Of a stretch of 64,000 nucleotides of DNA, positions 11,241 through 22,000 are shown piece after piece. Numbering within the stretch: position 1 is the first letter of the stretch; every line of letters starts with the position of its first letter. The translations under genes were made by a program, and so were the position numbers. Below the pieces are notes generated by a model, which was not told where the DNA came from, made no database searches, and saw only the letters and a list, made by a program, of their open reading frames with translations. This stretch comes from Candidatus Deferrimicrobiaceae bacterium (lineage in GTDB: Bacteria; Desulfobacterota; Deferrimicrobia; Deferrimicrobiales; Deferrimicrobiaceae): assembly GCA_963792415.1 (NCBI GenBank), contig CAWBVY010000001.1, positions 343,900 through 407,899 of the forward strand. Direction: 5' to 3'.

Positions 11241-11611
11241 ATGGACATCAATCAGCTAACCAGCAAGATCATCGGTGCGGCAATAGAGGTTCACAAAACA
11301 ATTGGTCCTGGTTTGTTAGAGGGGATATACGAAGACTGTTTATGCATTGAGTTAGAAAGGCGAGGAATTCCTTTTGAGCGGCAGAAAAGGATTGATATCG
11401 AATATAAAGGAGTAAAATTAAATAATCAATATCGACTTGACCTTGTTGTCAATAACATGGCTGTAGTTGAACTAAAACCGTAGATGAACTCGCACCAATT
11501 CATGATGCTCAGGTATTGACCTATCTCAAATTAACGGGCTTAAAGGTTGGTTTGCTCATCAATTTTAATACTGCAATACTTAAGGACGGTATAAAGCGTT
11601 TGATAATGTAG
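11241..11611 (+). CDS. GxxExxY protein (PD-(D/E)XK nuclease-like), frameshift in an A-run near 11475
   Basis: [22 protein letters not shown]...YRLDLVV...VELK, continuing [31 protein letters not shown]...KDGIKRLIM*. Confidence 0.9.
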
Positions 11612-11631
11612 AGTCAAGAGGTGATCATTAC

Positions 11632-11929
11632 TTTTGCCCTATCGCCGTCTCCCGATAGGACAAAAAACAAAATATCTCTCAGTGTCCTCAGTGTCGCTGT
11701 GGTAAATAAATAGCATCTTTTCTTAATTTTTCCAGTGCTTAAAGAAGGTATAAAACGACCTGTACCGTAGATTTACGAATTGCCGGAATTTCATCGACAT
11801 AGCCTGCCGCAGGCATGAGTGTGTTTCATTTGCCGGTATCCTCGCCCCGTAGCTCCAGCAGATGGTACCGGGGTTCCGGCAAATGAAATAAATATATCCT
11901 CTTTGCTCACTCTGCGCCTCTGTGGTAAA
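11632..11929 (+). repeat. Two tandem family A right ends (hairpin B + right arm)
   Basis: ttttgccctatcgccgtctcccgataggacaaaa + ctctcagtgtcctcagtgtcgctgtggtaaa; hairpin with a 33-bp insert + ctctgcgcctctgtggtaaa. Confidence 0.8.
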
Positions 11930-11935
11930 TAAATA

Positions 11936-12405
11936 ATGAAAAAAATAGCACCAGATGTCATCCTTGGCAAAGACGTCCAACTGAACGAATTCATCAACCT
12001 TTACGGCTGCACCATCGGCGACGGCACCAAGATCGGCCCCTTCGTCGAAATCCAAAAAAACGCCTCCATCGGCAAGAACTGCAAGATCCAGAGCCACACC
12101 TTCATCTGCGAGGGCGTCACCATCGAGGACGAGGTCTTCGTCGGTCACGGCGTCATGTTCATCAACGACAAATACCCCAAGGCCACCACCGACAGCGGCG
12201 GCCTGCAGACCGAAGCCGACTGGCAGGTCGTTCCCACGGTCGTCAAAACCAGAGCTTCTCTCGGCTCCAACGCCACCATCCTCTGCGGCGTCACCATCGG
12301 CGAAGGACGCCGTCGATCGGCGCCGGCAGCGTCGTCACCAAAGATGTACCGGCCAACACAGTAGTCGCAGGAAATCCAGCGTGCGTTTTGAAAAAACGCG
12401 GTTAA
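11936..12405 (+). CDS. Hexapeptide-repeat sugar N-acetyltransferase (WbpD/WxcM-like), frameshift near 12305
   Basis: NLYGCTIGDGTKIGPFVEIQ, CKIQSHTFICEGV, FINDKYP, ...VVAGNPA. Confidence 0.88.
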
Positions 12406-12609
12406 TGAGTTTATTGTGTTAATTGAGTGTAAAACAAGTGATTGAAATGGAAAAAAACGGCGCTCAGTCTCCTTGCAGTTCCCAATACATTAGTGTATGG
12501 TTATCATGCGCTATGGATTAGGAGATGATGAATGAAGCCGCACGTTCCTAACAAACATAACCAATAAAACTGATAAAACCAATTCAAAAAAACGAATTGT
12601 GTTATCTTA

Positions 12610-12767
12610 TATAACCCATATTCCGGAAAACTTTTTGAAAAACATTTCATTACAGTTTGTTAGGCGTCTCATTTTATGGGCTACAATTCTGGTGACGAAA
12701 TCGTAAACCCCCATCAATTGTGCCGCTATAACGTTTTTGAAAATTATTTTCCGGATTAGGGGCTATA
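12610..12767. mobile_element. Possible ~160 bp MITE with ~38-bp imperfect terminal inverted repeats
   Basis: tataacccatattccggaaaactttttgaaaaacatt versus the reverse complement of 12730-12767, tatagcccctaatccggaaaataattttcaaaaacgtt. Confidence 0.5.
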
Positions 12768-12919
12768 ACCAAAATTTTCTTAGAAAATGAAAATTATATA
12801 CGATCAAGAAACCGACACCATGTTCTTGCCAACAATGTTTTCGTGAAATATTCGAGCAGACAGGGTTTGACCGTAAATTGTTTTAAATTATCCACAGGTA
12901 AAATCTTGGAGAAGGAAAA

Positions 12920-13096
12920 ATGAGAGGTATCCAATATGTAGTGGATGATTCCGGCCGGAAGAAGGCTGTTATCATCGACCTGGAAGAATGGGGAGAGTTG
13001 TGGGAAGATTTCTCTGACATACTCGTCTCCGAAACGCGACGAGAAGAGCCGGTTGTACGGTGGGAAAAGCTAAAAGCCGAAACAATGAAAAAATAG
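12920..13096 (+). CDS. Putative antitoxin (58 aa, not in the ORF track)
   Basis: RBS gaagga; MRGIQYVVDDSGRKKAVIIDLEEWGELWEDFSDILVSETRREEPVVRWEKLKAETMKK; directly upstream of RelE. Confidence 0.7.
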   Translation: MRGIQYVVDDSGRKKAVIIDLEEWGELWEDFSDILVSETRREEPVVRWEKLKAETMKK

Positions 13097-13109
13097 ATCC
13101 AAAGCATCG

Positions 13110-13364
13110 ATGTATAAAATTGAATTATTGAAATCTGCAGCGAAAGAGTTTCGTGATCTGGATGATACAACAAAGAGGCGAATCACTGAAAAAATAGATA
13201 AACTGATTGAGGAACCTCGCCCTAGAGGAGTACGAAAGCTTAGAGGGCATAAAAGTCTATATAGGATTCGCGTTGGATCTTTCAGGATCGTTTATGATAT
13301 TAATGAGGAAATAGAATTGATTCAAGTAACCAGGATCAGACATCGAAGTGAAGTATATAAATAG
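13110..13364 (+). CDS. relE: RelE/ParE family toxin
   Basis: AAKEFRDL...PRPRGVRKLRG...YRIRVGSFRIVYDI...IRHRSEVY. Confidence 0.9.
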   Translation: MYKIELLKSAAKEFRDLDDTTKRRITEKIDKLIEEPRPRGVRKLRGHKSLYRIRVGSFRIVYDINEEIELIQVTRIRHRSEVYK

Positions 13365-13506
13365 GAAGAGTTTGCTATCATTTTTACCCATTGGTGCTCC
13401 GGACAAAAAAACCCATTTAATCCTGCCTGCCCTGTTAAATCATTACCATTTAACCGGGGTAGCCCCTGCAGACGGTACTGGGGTCAACGATAAATAGAAA
13501 AAATGT

Positions 13507-13692
13507 TTTTATTCACCTGACTTGGAAGGGTTTTCTGGAATAGGCGACTCTATAGAGGATTGCCGGTTTAAAGCTAAGTGGGGTATGAAGGAACTTGTTG
13601 AATTACTAAAAGAACAGGGTCTTTTCGTTCCTTTAAAAAATCCAGATCCTAAAATTATAATTCAAAACGAAAAGAAATTGGCTGTAGAGTGA
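13507..13692 (+). pseudogene. 5'-truncated HicB-like antitoxin fragment
   Basis: FYSPDLEGFSGIGDSIEDCRFKAKWGMKELVELLKEQGLFVP...*; no start codon; begins just after a repeat. Confidence 0.55.
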
Positions 13693-13742
13693 TCTTGTAT
13701 TGACGATAATGAATGTGAAGACATTGAATTAGAAGTTATTTT

Positions 13743-13828
13743 TTCGCCTCAGGCGATTGGATTTTTTAACTTTCGTCCGGAAAGTTAAAAACAAAAAGAA
13801 TCCTAAAAATCCAGTAAATCCTGTCCAA
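13743..13828 (+). repeat. Family B right end
   Basis: ttcgcctcaggcgattg; hairpin ttttaactttcgtccggaaagttaaaa; aatcctaaaaatccagtaaatcctgtccaa. Confidence 0.75.
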
Positions 13829-13890
13829 TAAATTCATTTCTGTGTTTTATACATTGGTTGACTGTCGTAGCATATTGAGGAGGAAACCAT

Positions 13891-14154
13891 ATGCTTATTG
13901 AATATGTCAATAAAGCAATGAGTAAGGCGGTGTACGATAAGATGGATGATGGCACTTTTAATGGAAAGATACCGCAGTGCCCCGGCGTTGTCGCCTTTGG
14001 AGAATCACTATATCAGTGCGAGCAAGAGTTGAGATCCTCTCTTGAAGGATGGTTAATTGTCAAAATAAGACATGGCGATAAACTTCCGGTGATTGGAAAA
14101 ATAAACTTAAACAAAAAAATGCCGGATATTCGAGGGGCTACCGTGAATGGCTAA
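13891..14154 (+). CDS. hicB: HicB family antitoxin
   Basis: MLIEYVNKAMSKAVYDKMDDGTFNGKIPQCPGVVAFGESLYQCEQELRSSLEGW; strong RBS. Confidence 0.85.
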   Translation: MLIEYVNKAMSKAVYDKMDDGTFNGKIPQCPGVVAFGESLYQCEQELRSSLEGWLIVKIRHGDKLPVIGKINLNKKMPDIRGATVNG

Positions 14155-14377
14155 ATGGAGGCCTTGCAAACGAAGGGATTTCATAAAAAAGCTTAAGAAG
14201 CTCGGTTTCGGCTCACCTGAACCGGGCGGCCGCCATTTTTATATGCGTTATGGTTCATATACATTTACGCTACCAAGCAACAAGGAATTCTCTGTTCAGC
14301 AAGTCAAAATGCTCATAGATGAGATTGAACATGGGATAGGGAAGAATATTTCAATTGAAGAGTGGGAAAAGCTATAG
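14147..14377 (+). CDS. hicA: HicA family toxin
   Basis: PCKRRDFIKKLKKLGFGSPEPGGRHFYMRYG; overlaps the hicB stop. Confidence 0.85.
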   Translation: MAKWRPCKRRDFIKKLKKLGFGSPEPGGRHFYMRYGSYTFTLPSNKEFSVQQVKMLIDEIEHGIGKNISIEEWEKL

Positions 14378-14516
14378 CATAGAAAGAACTTGCGCTTTAT
14401 GAGGTATTAAAGCACTAACCGATTCTCTTGATGCGCCTTACCTGCGACCTCTTTTACCGTCATGTCGGATGGCCGGATTGGCAAGTTGAGTGTTTAATGT
14501 GTTTCTCGTTTTTGCT

Positions 14517-14849
14517 TTTTTTAGAGCGACAAAGTCGCGTTTCATAAATTTTTCGCCAGAAAAATCTATTTGCGCCTTTTACCTTTCTCCATTAACCTTT
14601 TACCAGTAATTACAAATAAACTCTATCAACCTTCAGCCCGTTAAATTTGCGTAAGCAATAGTGCAACGAATTTAACTGGGCCAATAAATTTAGCCTGTGA
14701 AATTTACGATAGTAACAGTGCAACGCATTTCACTGGGCATAAATAACTCAAAAAACGCAATAAACTCTATAAACTATTACCAATGACTCCTTTACTTTTT
14801 TGAGAGCGGCAAGGCCGCGTTTCATAAATTTTTCACAGAAAAATTTATT
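14517..14849 (+). repeat. Two family F copies flanking two ccgttaaat/ctgtgaaat hairpin micro-elements and AATAAACTC-type repeats
   Basis: 14517-14570 and 14797-14849 match the F consensus; 14635-14682 and 14692-14738 are gcc(c/t)gt(t/g)aaat...attt(a/c)actgggc. Confidence 0.7.
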
Positions 14850-14914
14850 TAAAATCAATTAATCAAGGTTTTGACCCTAAAATCAATAAGACGAGATAAA
14901 AAAAAGGAAAAAAT

Positions 14915-15145
14915 ATGAATGGCTTTATAGTTGTCGATCCGAAAATTTGCTCGGTAAAACCGGTTATCAAGGGCACGTGAATCATGGTGAAAAACATCCT
15001 TGGCATGGTGGCTGGCGGATATTCAGCGGATAGAATTTTGGAGGCTTATCCTGAACTGACACGTGAAATGGTTCAAGCGGCATTGGAATATGCTGCCATC
15101 GTAATTGACGAAGAGCAAGTTATTGGTACGATTGCCTCATCATAA
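14915..15145 (+). pseudogene. DUF433 antitoxin-like gene with an in-frame stop
   Basis: MNGFIVVDPKICSVKPVIKGT*IMVKNILGMVAGGYSADRILEAYPELTREMVQAALEYAA; TGA in place of the conserved Arg of GTR. Confidence 0.8.
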
Positions 15146-15224
15146 TCGATAATAACAAAATTCTTGAAAGAAAAATTAAGCGGCTTTAGCGTACCGGCCA
15201 GCAGAAGAATCCATAAACCAACTC

Positions 15225-15330
15225 TGCCTCAGGTGGATGGACAATTTCAGTTTCTTCAGGAAACTGAAAATATATATTAATCCATTTAATCCCATGGATC
15301 CTGTCTAATTGATAATATAAATCGAATCCA
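15225..15330 (+). repeat. Family B right end
   Basis: Hairpin tttcagtttcttcaggaaactgaaa; aatccatttaatcccatggatcctgtctaa; aaatcgaatcca. Confidence 0.7.
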
Positions 15331-15351
15331 AACCTTGTTAATCAATAACAT

Positions 15352-15647
15352 ATTTTCTATACGACGACATGGAAGTCAGTGAAAAGATAAAGGTGTATGA
15401 CAAAAGCGTTCAGGTAAATGGACCGGAAAAGGTGCACGAAACTCTCATTTCCTATCGGCTGGGCGACATGTGGGCAACGGAACTCGACAACACGAAGGAC
15501 CTCCGACTCGTAGCCACTGAATTCATCGACTCGATTCAATCAGGCCGGAACCCGATCAACGATGGAATCAGTGGCCTAAAGGTTGTTAAAATATTGGAGG
15601 CTTTGGAGATGTCGATCAAACGCAAAGGCCGCGAGGTAAAATTGTAA
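15352..15647 (+). pseudogene. C-terminal fragment of a second Gfo/Idh/MocA oxidoreductase
   Basis: LYDDMEVSEKIKVYD...YRLGDMWA...GLKVVKILEA aligns to the C-terminus of the 9844-10855 protein. Confidence 0.8.
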
Positions 15648-15769
15648 TGGCCGGAGTGCCACGGAACCGCCTTTGAAATTGTTGCCGAGAGGAGATTCTT
15701 AATAAGTTTTCCACTTTTTATTTGCACTTATTTGAGTTAAGATCAAATTATAAATCTTTTCTATAGTCA

Positions 15770-16480
15770 ATGGTAGACAAAGTGGGTCACAACCAAAAAA
15801 TCGTCAATGCATTTCACAGCCGAAAAGAGATTGTAGAGGACCCTGAATTTGAAATCAAACTCAGCCAATCTCTTAAAAACCAGTACAGCCGAGAAGGTCT
15901 GATTGAACTGTACGGGCGTTTTGCAGACGGAGAAGGGTATGTCGATACCCTTATGAGGCGCGCCATCTGGCGTGCTGCGGCACACCGCTTCGGCAGCGGC
16001 ATCCATATCGGGAGCGGCACGGGATTCAAGCACATCGAAACCTTTGAGATTGGAGACGGTGTTTTCATCGGGTCCCAGTCGTATATTCAGGGCAGAATCG
16101 GAGGGAAATGCACGATTGGCAGAAAGACCTGGATCGGGCCGCAGAGTTATTTCGATGCCCGTGATCTGGTGATTGGAGATCACGTCGGATGGGGACCCGG
16201 TGCAAAGGTTCTGGGGTCGGCTCACGTCGGCATTCCGGTTGATATTCCCATCATTCAGACAGATCTGGAAATCAAACCGGTGACGATCGAGCCGTGGGCG
16301 GATATCGGGGTCAATGCGGTGATACTTCCCGGAGTGACAATCGGCAAGGGCAGCCAGGTCGGCGCCGGTGCCGTGGTAACCGCCGACGTTCCCCCGTTCG
16401 CTGTTGTTGCCGGGGTTCCTGCGAAATTTATCAGGTGGCGGAAAGGAGACGATGGTAAACATCATGGAACTGAGAAATAG
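15770..16480 (+). CDS. Hexapeptide-repeat acyltransferase
   Basis: Left-handed beta-helix repeats, ILPGVTIGKGSQVGAGAVVTADVPPFAVVAGVPA. Confidence 0.88.
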   Translation: MVDKVGHNQKIVNAFHSRKEIVEDPEFEIKLSQSLKNQYSREGLIELYGRFADGEGYVDTLMRRAIWRAAAHRFGSGIHIGSGTGFKHIETFEIGDGVFIGSQSYIQGRIGGKCTIGRKTWIGPQSYFDARDLVIGDHVGWGPGAKVLGSAHVGIPVDIPIIQTDLEIKPVTIEPWADIGVNAVILPGVTIGKGSQVGAGAVVTADVPPFAVVAGVPAKFIRWRKGDDGKHHGTEK

Positions 16481-17476
16481 GAGAGCATTGATAACGGGAG
16501 GCGCGGGGCTGGTCGGGTCGCATATTGCCGATCTTCTGGTCGAAGAAGGGGTTTCCGAGATCGTTGTTTTCGATAATTTTGATCGCGGCGGCGGGAAAAT
16601 CTGGCCTGGGCCATCGAAAACGGTCCGGTCACCATCATCGAGGGGGATATCCGCGACAGAGAATTGCTGGCCCGTTCAATGCAGGGAATCGACGTGCTGT
16701 TTCACCAGGCCGCCATCAGGATCACGCAGTGCGCCCAGGAACCGCGACTGGCACTCGAAGTACTGGTTGACGGTTCCTACAATGTCGTCGAAGCCGCCTT
16801 AAATGCCAAAGTCGAGAAGGTCGTCGCCGCCTCCTCCGCATCCGTCTACGGAGCCGCCGAAGATTTCCCCACCACGGAAAAACACCACTCTTACAACAAC
16901 CGGACAATATACGGTGCGGCGAAAGTCTTTAACGAATCTTTACTGAGAAGTTTCAATGAAATGTACGGTCTCGATTATGTCGCCCTGCGGTATTTCAACA
17001 TATACGGACCGCGAATGGACGCTTTTGGCGTCTACACCGAGGTGTTTATTCGCTGGATGGAGGCCATCGAGGCGGGAAAGGCACCCATGATTTTCGGGGA
17101 CGGAACCCAGACCATGGACTTCATTCATGTAAAGGATATCGCCAGGTCCAACATTCTCGCGGCGAAGTCGGCTGTGACCGACGATGTCATCAACATTGCC
17201 AGCGGTGAGGAGACCAGCCTGACCCAGCTCGCCGAGACGCTGCTGAAAGTGATGAAAAGTGATTTGCGGCCGGAATATGGTCCCGTAAGAAAGGTCAACA
17301 ACGTTCAACGCAGGCTCGCCTATACCGACAAGGCCAGAGAACTGCTGGGCTTTGAGACAACCATATCCCTGGAGGAAGGGTTGGCCGGCATGGTGGATTG
17401 GTGGCGCGAAGTAACCGCCAATCATAAAATGGCGGATCAATCGAAGGGGCAAGAACTTAGGCAGGCTGCAAACTAA
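16452..17476 (+). CDS. NAD-dependent epimerase/dehydratase, frameshift near 16590
   Basis: ITGGAGLVGSH, ASSASVYG, YGAAK, LRYFNIYGPR. Confidence 0.9.
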
Positions 17477-17488
17477 GCATAAAATCGC

Positions 17489-18295
17489 GTGCGATTTTAT
17501 AAGGCCATCATACCGGCGGCCGGTTTAGGGGAACGGTTGCACCCGGTTACCCAGGTGTTACCCAAAGAGATGTTTCCGGTTGGACGCCACCCGGCGATCG
17601 AATGGGTGATCGCAGAGGCCGTGGCCGGTGGCTGCCGGGAAATAGCGGTCGTCATCAGCCCCCGCAAGCAGGTTATACGGGAATACCTCACCAAATACTG
17701 CAGCATCGCCTCGTCACTTTGCGAACTGACGTTTATTATCCAATCCGAGCCTTTGGGTTTGGGGCATGCCCTGCTGCTGGCGAAGGAATTCGCCGACGGG
17801 CAGCCGGTTGCCGTTTTGCTGCCGGATGAGCTGACTGCCGGAACCCAGCTGCCGATTCTGCAACTCAACGAAGCATTTACAGACCTTGGGTGGTGCTGTT
17901 TTTGCCCTGGGGTCGGCGGAGTCTGCCGCCAACCCCGAGCTGGTCGGAGCGGTGGCATCTGACAAAAGTCGACAGCCGAATCTATAAGGTGCAGCCGTCT
18001 CGAGCCGGCGCATCATCGGAAAAAAGACCGGACCAATTCGCGGGAATGGGGCGCTATATCCTCTCACCCGAGTGCCTCGATGACGCGGCCTCCCTGTTCA
18101 ATGAAAGACCCCACGCGCGGCCTCGACGACGGAATGATCTTCGAGTTCATGTGTACCGCCGACAAACCCGTTCACGGTTATGTCTTCGAAGGCCGGCGTT
18201 TCGATATTTCAACGGTCGCCGGCTACATAGACGCCTGGCAGACCCTGGGAAATTCGGACCCCCTTAGCCTTTTTCCTCAAATCCCGGCTATTTGA
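17489..18295 (+). CDS. Sugar-1-phosphate nucleotidyltransferase (GalU-like), frameshifted
   Basis: AIIPAAGLGERLHPVT..PKEM, QSEPLGLGHA, GRYIL, RFDIST. Confidence 0.82.
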
Positions 18296-18311
18296 AACTC
18301 AGGTGTATATT

Positions 18312-18656
18312 ATTCACCGCTAGAGGCACAGAGGCCCGCCTGCCTTTCCTGCAGTGAGCCGGATGAAGCTAAAATGTATTACACATGTGGACTACTGACA
18401 AACTTTATGTTGGATAGTCCCCAACGATGAATGATTGGAACATATAAGATCTGTCGGCTGACGTTGATAAGTTGATTTCACAGTATATTCATAACCTCGG
18501 CCGCAGGGATAGAGTTCTTTTGTTCAATCGATCTTTCCCGATTGAATAAAAACTGAAATACTTACTCTTGCGACCTCTGTGCCTCGCAGCAGAGCGGGTG
18601 GTTAAAAATTCAAAACATCATGTGACCTCTGTGTCTCGAGCGAAGCGGGCGGTGAG
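18312..18656. repeat. Degenerate family A element with two right arms
   Basis: attcaccgctagaggcacagag; hairpin ttgttcaatcg..cgattgaata; ctctgtgcctcgcagcagagcgggtggt; ctctgtgtctcgagcgaagcgggcggtg. Confidence 0.75.
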
Positions 18657-18895
18657 CTCATTTCTAAACATGAAAGCGTACTCACAAAAAACAACCACCA
18701 TCAAGCGCTTTTAACCCGATTTATGCCCATCCACGGTTTCCTGCTATTTCTTTTCTCCACAGAACTATTACCTCGATGTAACAGCCCAATTAAGTGTAGT
18801 TCATTGTAAAACAAACCCCAACCATATAACTATCCAATTATTATCAAATTTTCCGTTAGCCTGTATTCCCGCGCAATTTTCCACTCATTCGTTAA

Positions 18896-18911
18896 CGGCA
18901 TCTAAATTGCT
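18896..18911 (+). promoter_or_regulatory. Putative sigma-54 (-24/-12) promoter
   Basis: cGGCATctaaaTTGCt (GG-N10-GC), ~105 bp upstream of the giant secreted protein gene. Confidence 0.55.
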
Positions 18912-19016
18912 GTTATTAATTGTTCTGTATCTATGACCTGCGACGAACAACATCCCCAGGATTTATTCTTTACCGTTTCGAAGGACCCTGGTGGGACCAC
19001 TAAAAGAAGGTGCGCT

Positions 19017-22000
19017 ATGAATCGGATGAACGGATTGATTCGGCATCTCTGCTTTTTCGTCCATCATCGCTTTATCCTTCTTGTTTTTCCTGAATTCCGG
19101 GGCATCCGCGAGTTCCATATGGGATGATACATTCATCCCGACGATTCTGTCCGATTCGGATACGAGTGCGGTGGAGCTGGGGGTCAAGTTTCAGAGCGAT
19201 GTCGACGGGTACATCACGGGTCTGCGGTTCTACAAGTCTGCGGCGAACACCGGCACGCACGTGGGCAACCTGTGGACGGCCGGCGGCACATTGCTGGCCA
19301 GCGTGACCTTCACCAACGAAACCGCCTCCGGTTGGCAGGAGATGGCCCTGCCCACTCCGGTGGCCATCACGGCCAACACGACCTATGTCGCCTCCTATCA
19401 CACCAACGTGGGACGCTACTCGGCCGATTCGGCCTACTTCACTTCCGCCTATGACAATCCGCCTCTGCGGGCGCCGTCCAACGGTGAGAGCGGCGGCAAC
19501 GGTGTCTACCTTTACGGTGCCGGTGGGTTTCCGAATCAGACCTGGAATGCCACCAACTACTGGGTCGATGTGGTGTTTCAGGAGAGCTGGGGCCGGACAC
19601 GACCCCGCCCACGGTGATCTCAACCCTGCCGGTCAGTGACGCTGTTAATGTGAGCATTAACGCATCTGTTACGGTCGACCTTCAACGAGGCGATGGACCC
19701 GGCGACGATCAACGAGAGCACCTTCGAGCTGCGGGATGCTGCGGATGCGCCGGTGGCCGCTGTGGTCTCCTATGACAGCGGCACGAACACGGCCACGCTT
19801 GACCCCCTCTGCCCCGCTGGCCAATTCTGAGACTTATACGGCCAGTGTGCTGGGCGATACCGGCGGTGTGACGGATTTGGCCGGCAATGCCTTGGCCGCC
19901 ACCTATACATGGTCTTTCACCACCGCTGCTGCCGGCACATCCGGTTCTTACAGCTTGTGGGACGATACCTTCATCCCGACGATTCTGGCCGATTCGGATA
20001 CGAGTGCGGTGGAGCTGGGGGTCAAGTTTCAGAGCGATCTCGACGGGTACATCACGGCCCTGCGCTTCTACAAGTCCGCGACCAATACCGGCACGCACGT
20101 GGGCAACCTGTGGACCGCCGCCGGCACGTTGCTTTCCAGCGTGACCTTCACCAACGAGACCGCCTCCGGGTGGCAGGAAATGGCCCTGCCCACTCCGGTG
20201 GCCATCACGGCCGGTACGACCTATATGGCCTCTTACCACGCTCCGGTGGGGCGCTACTCGGCCGACTCGGCCTACTTCACCTCCGCATACGACAATCCGC
20301 CTCTGACGGCGCCGTCCAGCAGCGCGAGCGGCGGCAACGGGGTGTATCGCTACGGGGCCAGCGCCTTCCCCAACCAGACCTACAATGCCACCAACTACTG
20401 GGTTGATGTGGTGTTTCAGGAGAACCTGGAGCCGGACACGACGCCGCCCAACGTGAGTTCGGTTTCTCCAACCGATGGCGCAACCGACGTTGCAACCGAT
20501 GGGGTCGTCACGGCGACCTTCAGCGAGGAAATGGATCCCGCCACGATCGGCGGGAGCACCTTCGAGCTGCGGGATGCTGCGGATGCGCCGGTGGCCGCTG
20601 TAATCTCCTATGACAGCGGCACAAGCACGGCCACGTTGACCCCCTCTGCCCCGCTGGCCAACTCTGAGACATACACGGCCAGTGTGCTGGGTGGTACCGG
20701 CGGTGTGACGGATTTGGCCGGCAATGCCTTGGCCGCCACCTCCACGTGGTCATTCACCACCGCTGCGCCCTCAGGTGATACGACGCCGCCAACGGTAACA
20801 GCGGTGCTGCCCCTTGACGGTGCAACTGACGTGGCCACCAGCACGGTCGTCACGGCGACCTTCAGCGAGGAAATGGATCCCACCACGATCGGCGGGAGCA
20901 CCTTCGAGCTGCGGGATGCTGCGGATGCGCCGGTGGCCGCTGTAATCTCCTATGACAGCGGCACAAGCACGGCCACGTTGACCCCCTCTGCCCCGCTGGC
21001 CAACTCTGAGACATACACGGCCAGTGTGCTGGGCGGTACCGGCGGTGTGACGGATTTGGCCGGCAATCTCTTGGCCGCCACCTCCACGTGGTCATTCACC
21101 ACCGCTGCGCCTTCAGGTGATACGACGCCGCCAACAGTAACAGCGGTGCTGCCCCTTGACGGTGCAACTGACGTGGCCACCAGCACGGTCGTCACGGCGA
21201 CCTTCAGCGAGGAAATGGATCCCGCCACGATCGGCGGGAGCACCTTCGAGCTGCGGGATGCTGCGGATGCGCCGGTGGCCGCTGTAATCTCCTATGACAG
21301 CGGCACAAGCACGGCCACGTTGACCCCCTCTGCCCCGCTGGCCAACTCTGAGACATACACGGCCAGTGTGCTGGGTGGTACCGGCGGTGTGACGGATTTG
21401 GCCGGCAATGCCTTGGCCGCCACCTCCACGTGGTCATTCACCACCGCTGCGCTCTTCAGGCGATACGACGCCGCCAACAGTAACAGCGTTGCTACCCCTC
21501 GACGGTGCAACTGACGTGGCCACCAGCACGGTCGTCACGGCGACCTTCAGCGGGCAATGGATCCGCCACGATCGGCGGGAGCACCTTCGAGCTGCGGATG
21601 CTGCGGATGCGCCGGTGGCCGCTGTAATCTCCTATGACAGCGGTACGAGCTACGGCCACGCTGACCCCCTCTGCCCCGCTGGCCAACTCTGAGACATCCA
21701 CGGCCAGTCGTGCTGGGCGACCGGCGGCTGGTCGGCGACGCCCCGACTTCCTACACCTTCGCGACAGCCGGCAGCAAGACCCTGTATGCCTGGGCCAAGG
21801 ACGCCGCCGGCAACGTGTCGGCGAGTCGGAGCGCTTCCGTTACCATTACCCTCCCGTCGGCGGGCCCGGAGCCGGCCGGCTGGTATGCGGGCGACATGCA
21901 TGTGCACAGGAGCTGCGGTGGATGCCCCGATACGATATGGGCACCATGCTGCGATACCATGGACGCCGCAGAATTTGGCCGTCATATCGCTGCTGGCCGA

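Noticed and set aside
12900-15150. Classical integron cassette array
   Set aside because: I could not identify RYYYAAC...GTTRRRY attC structures, and the integrase stub at 47414 is only an N-terminal fragment of a non-IntI type
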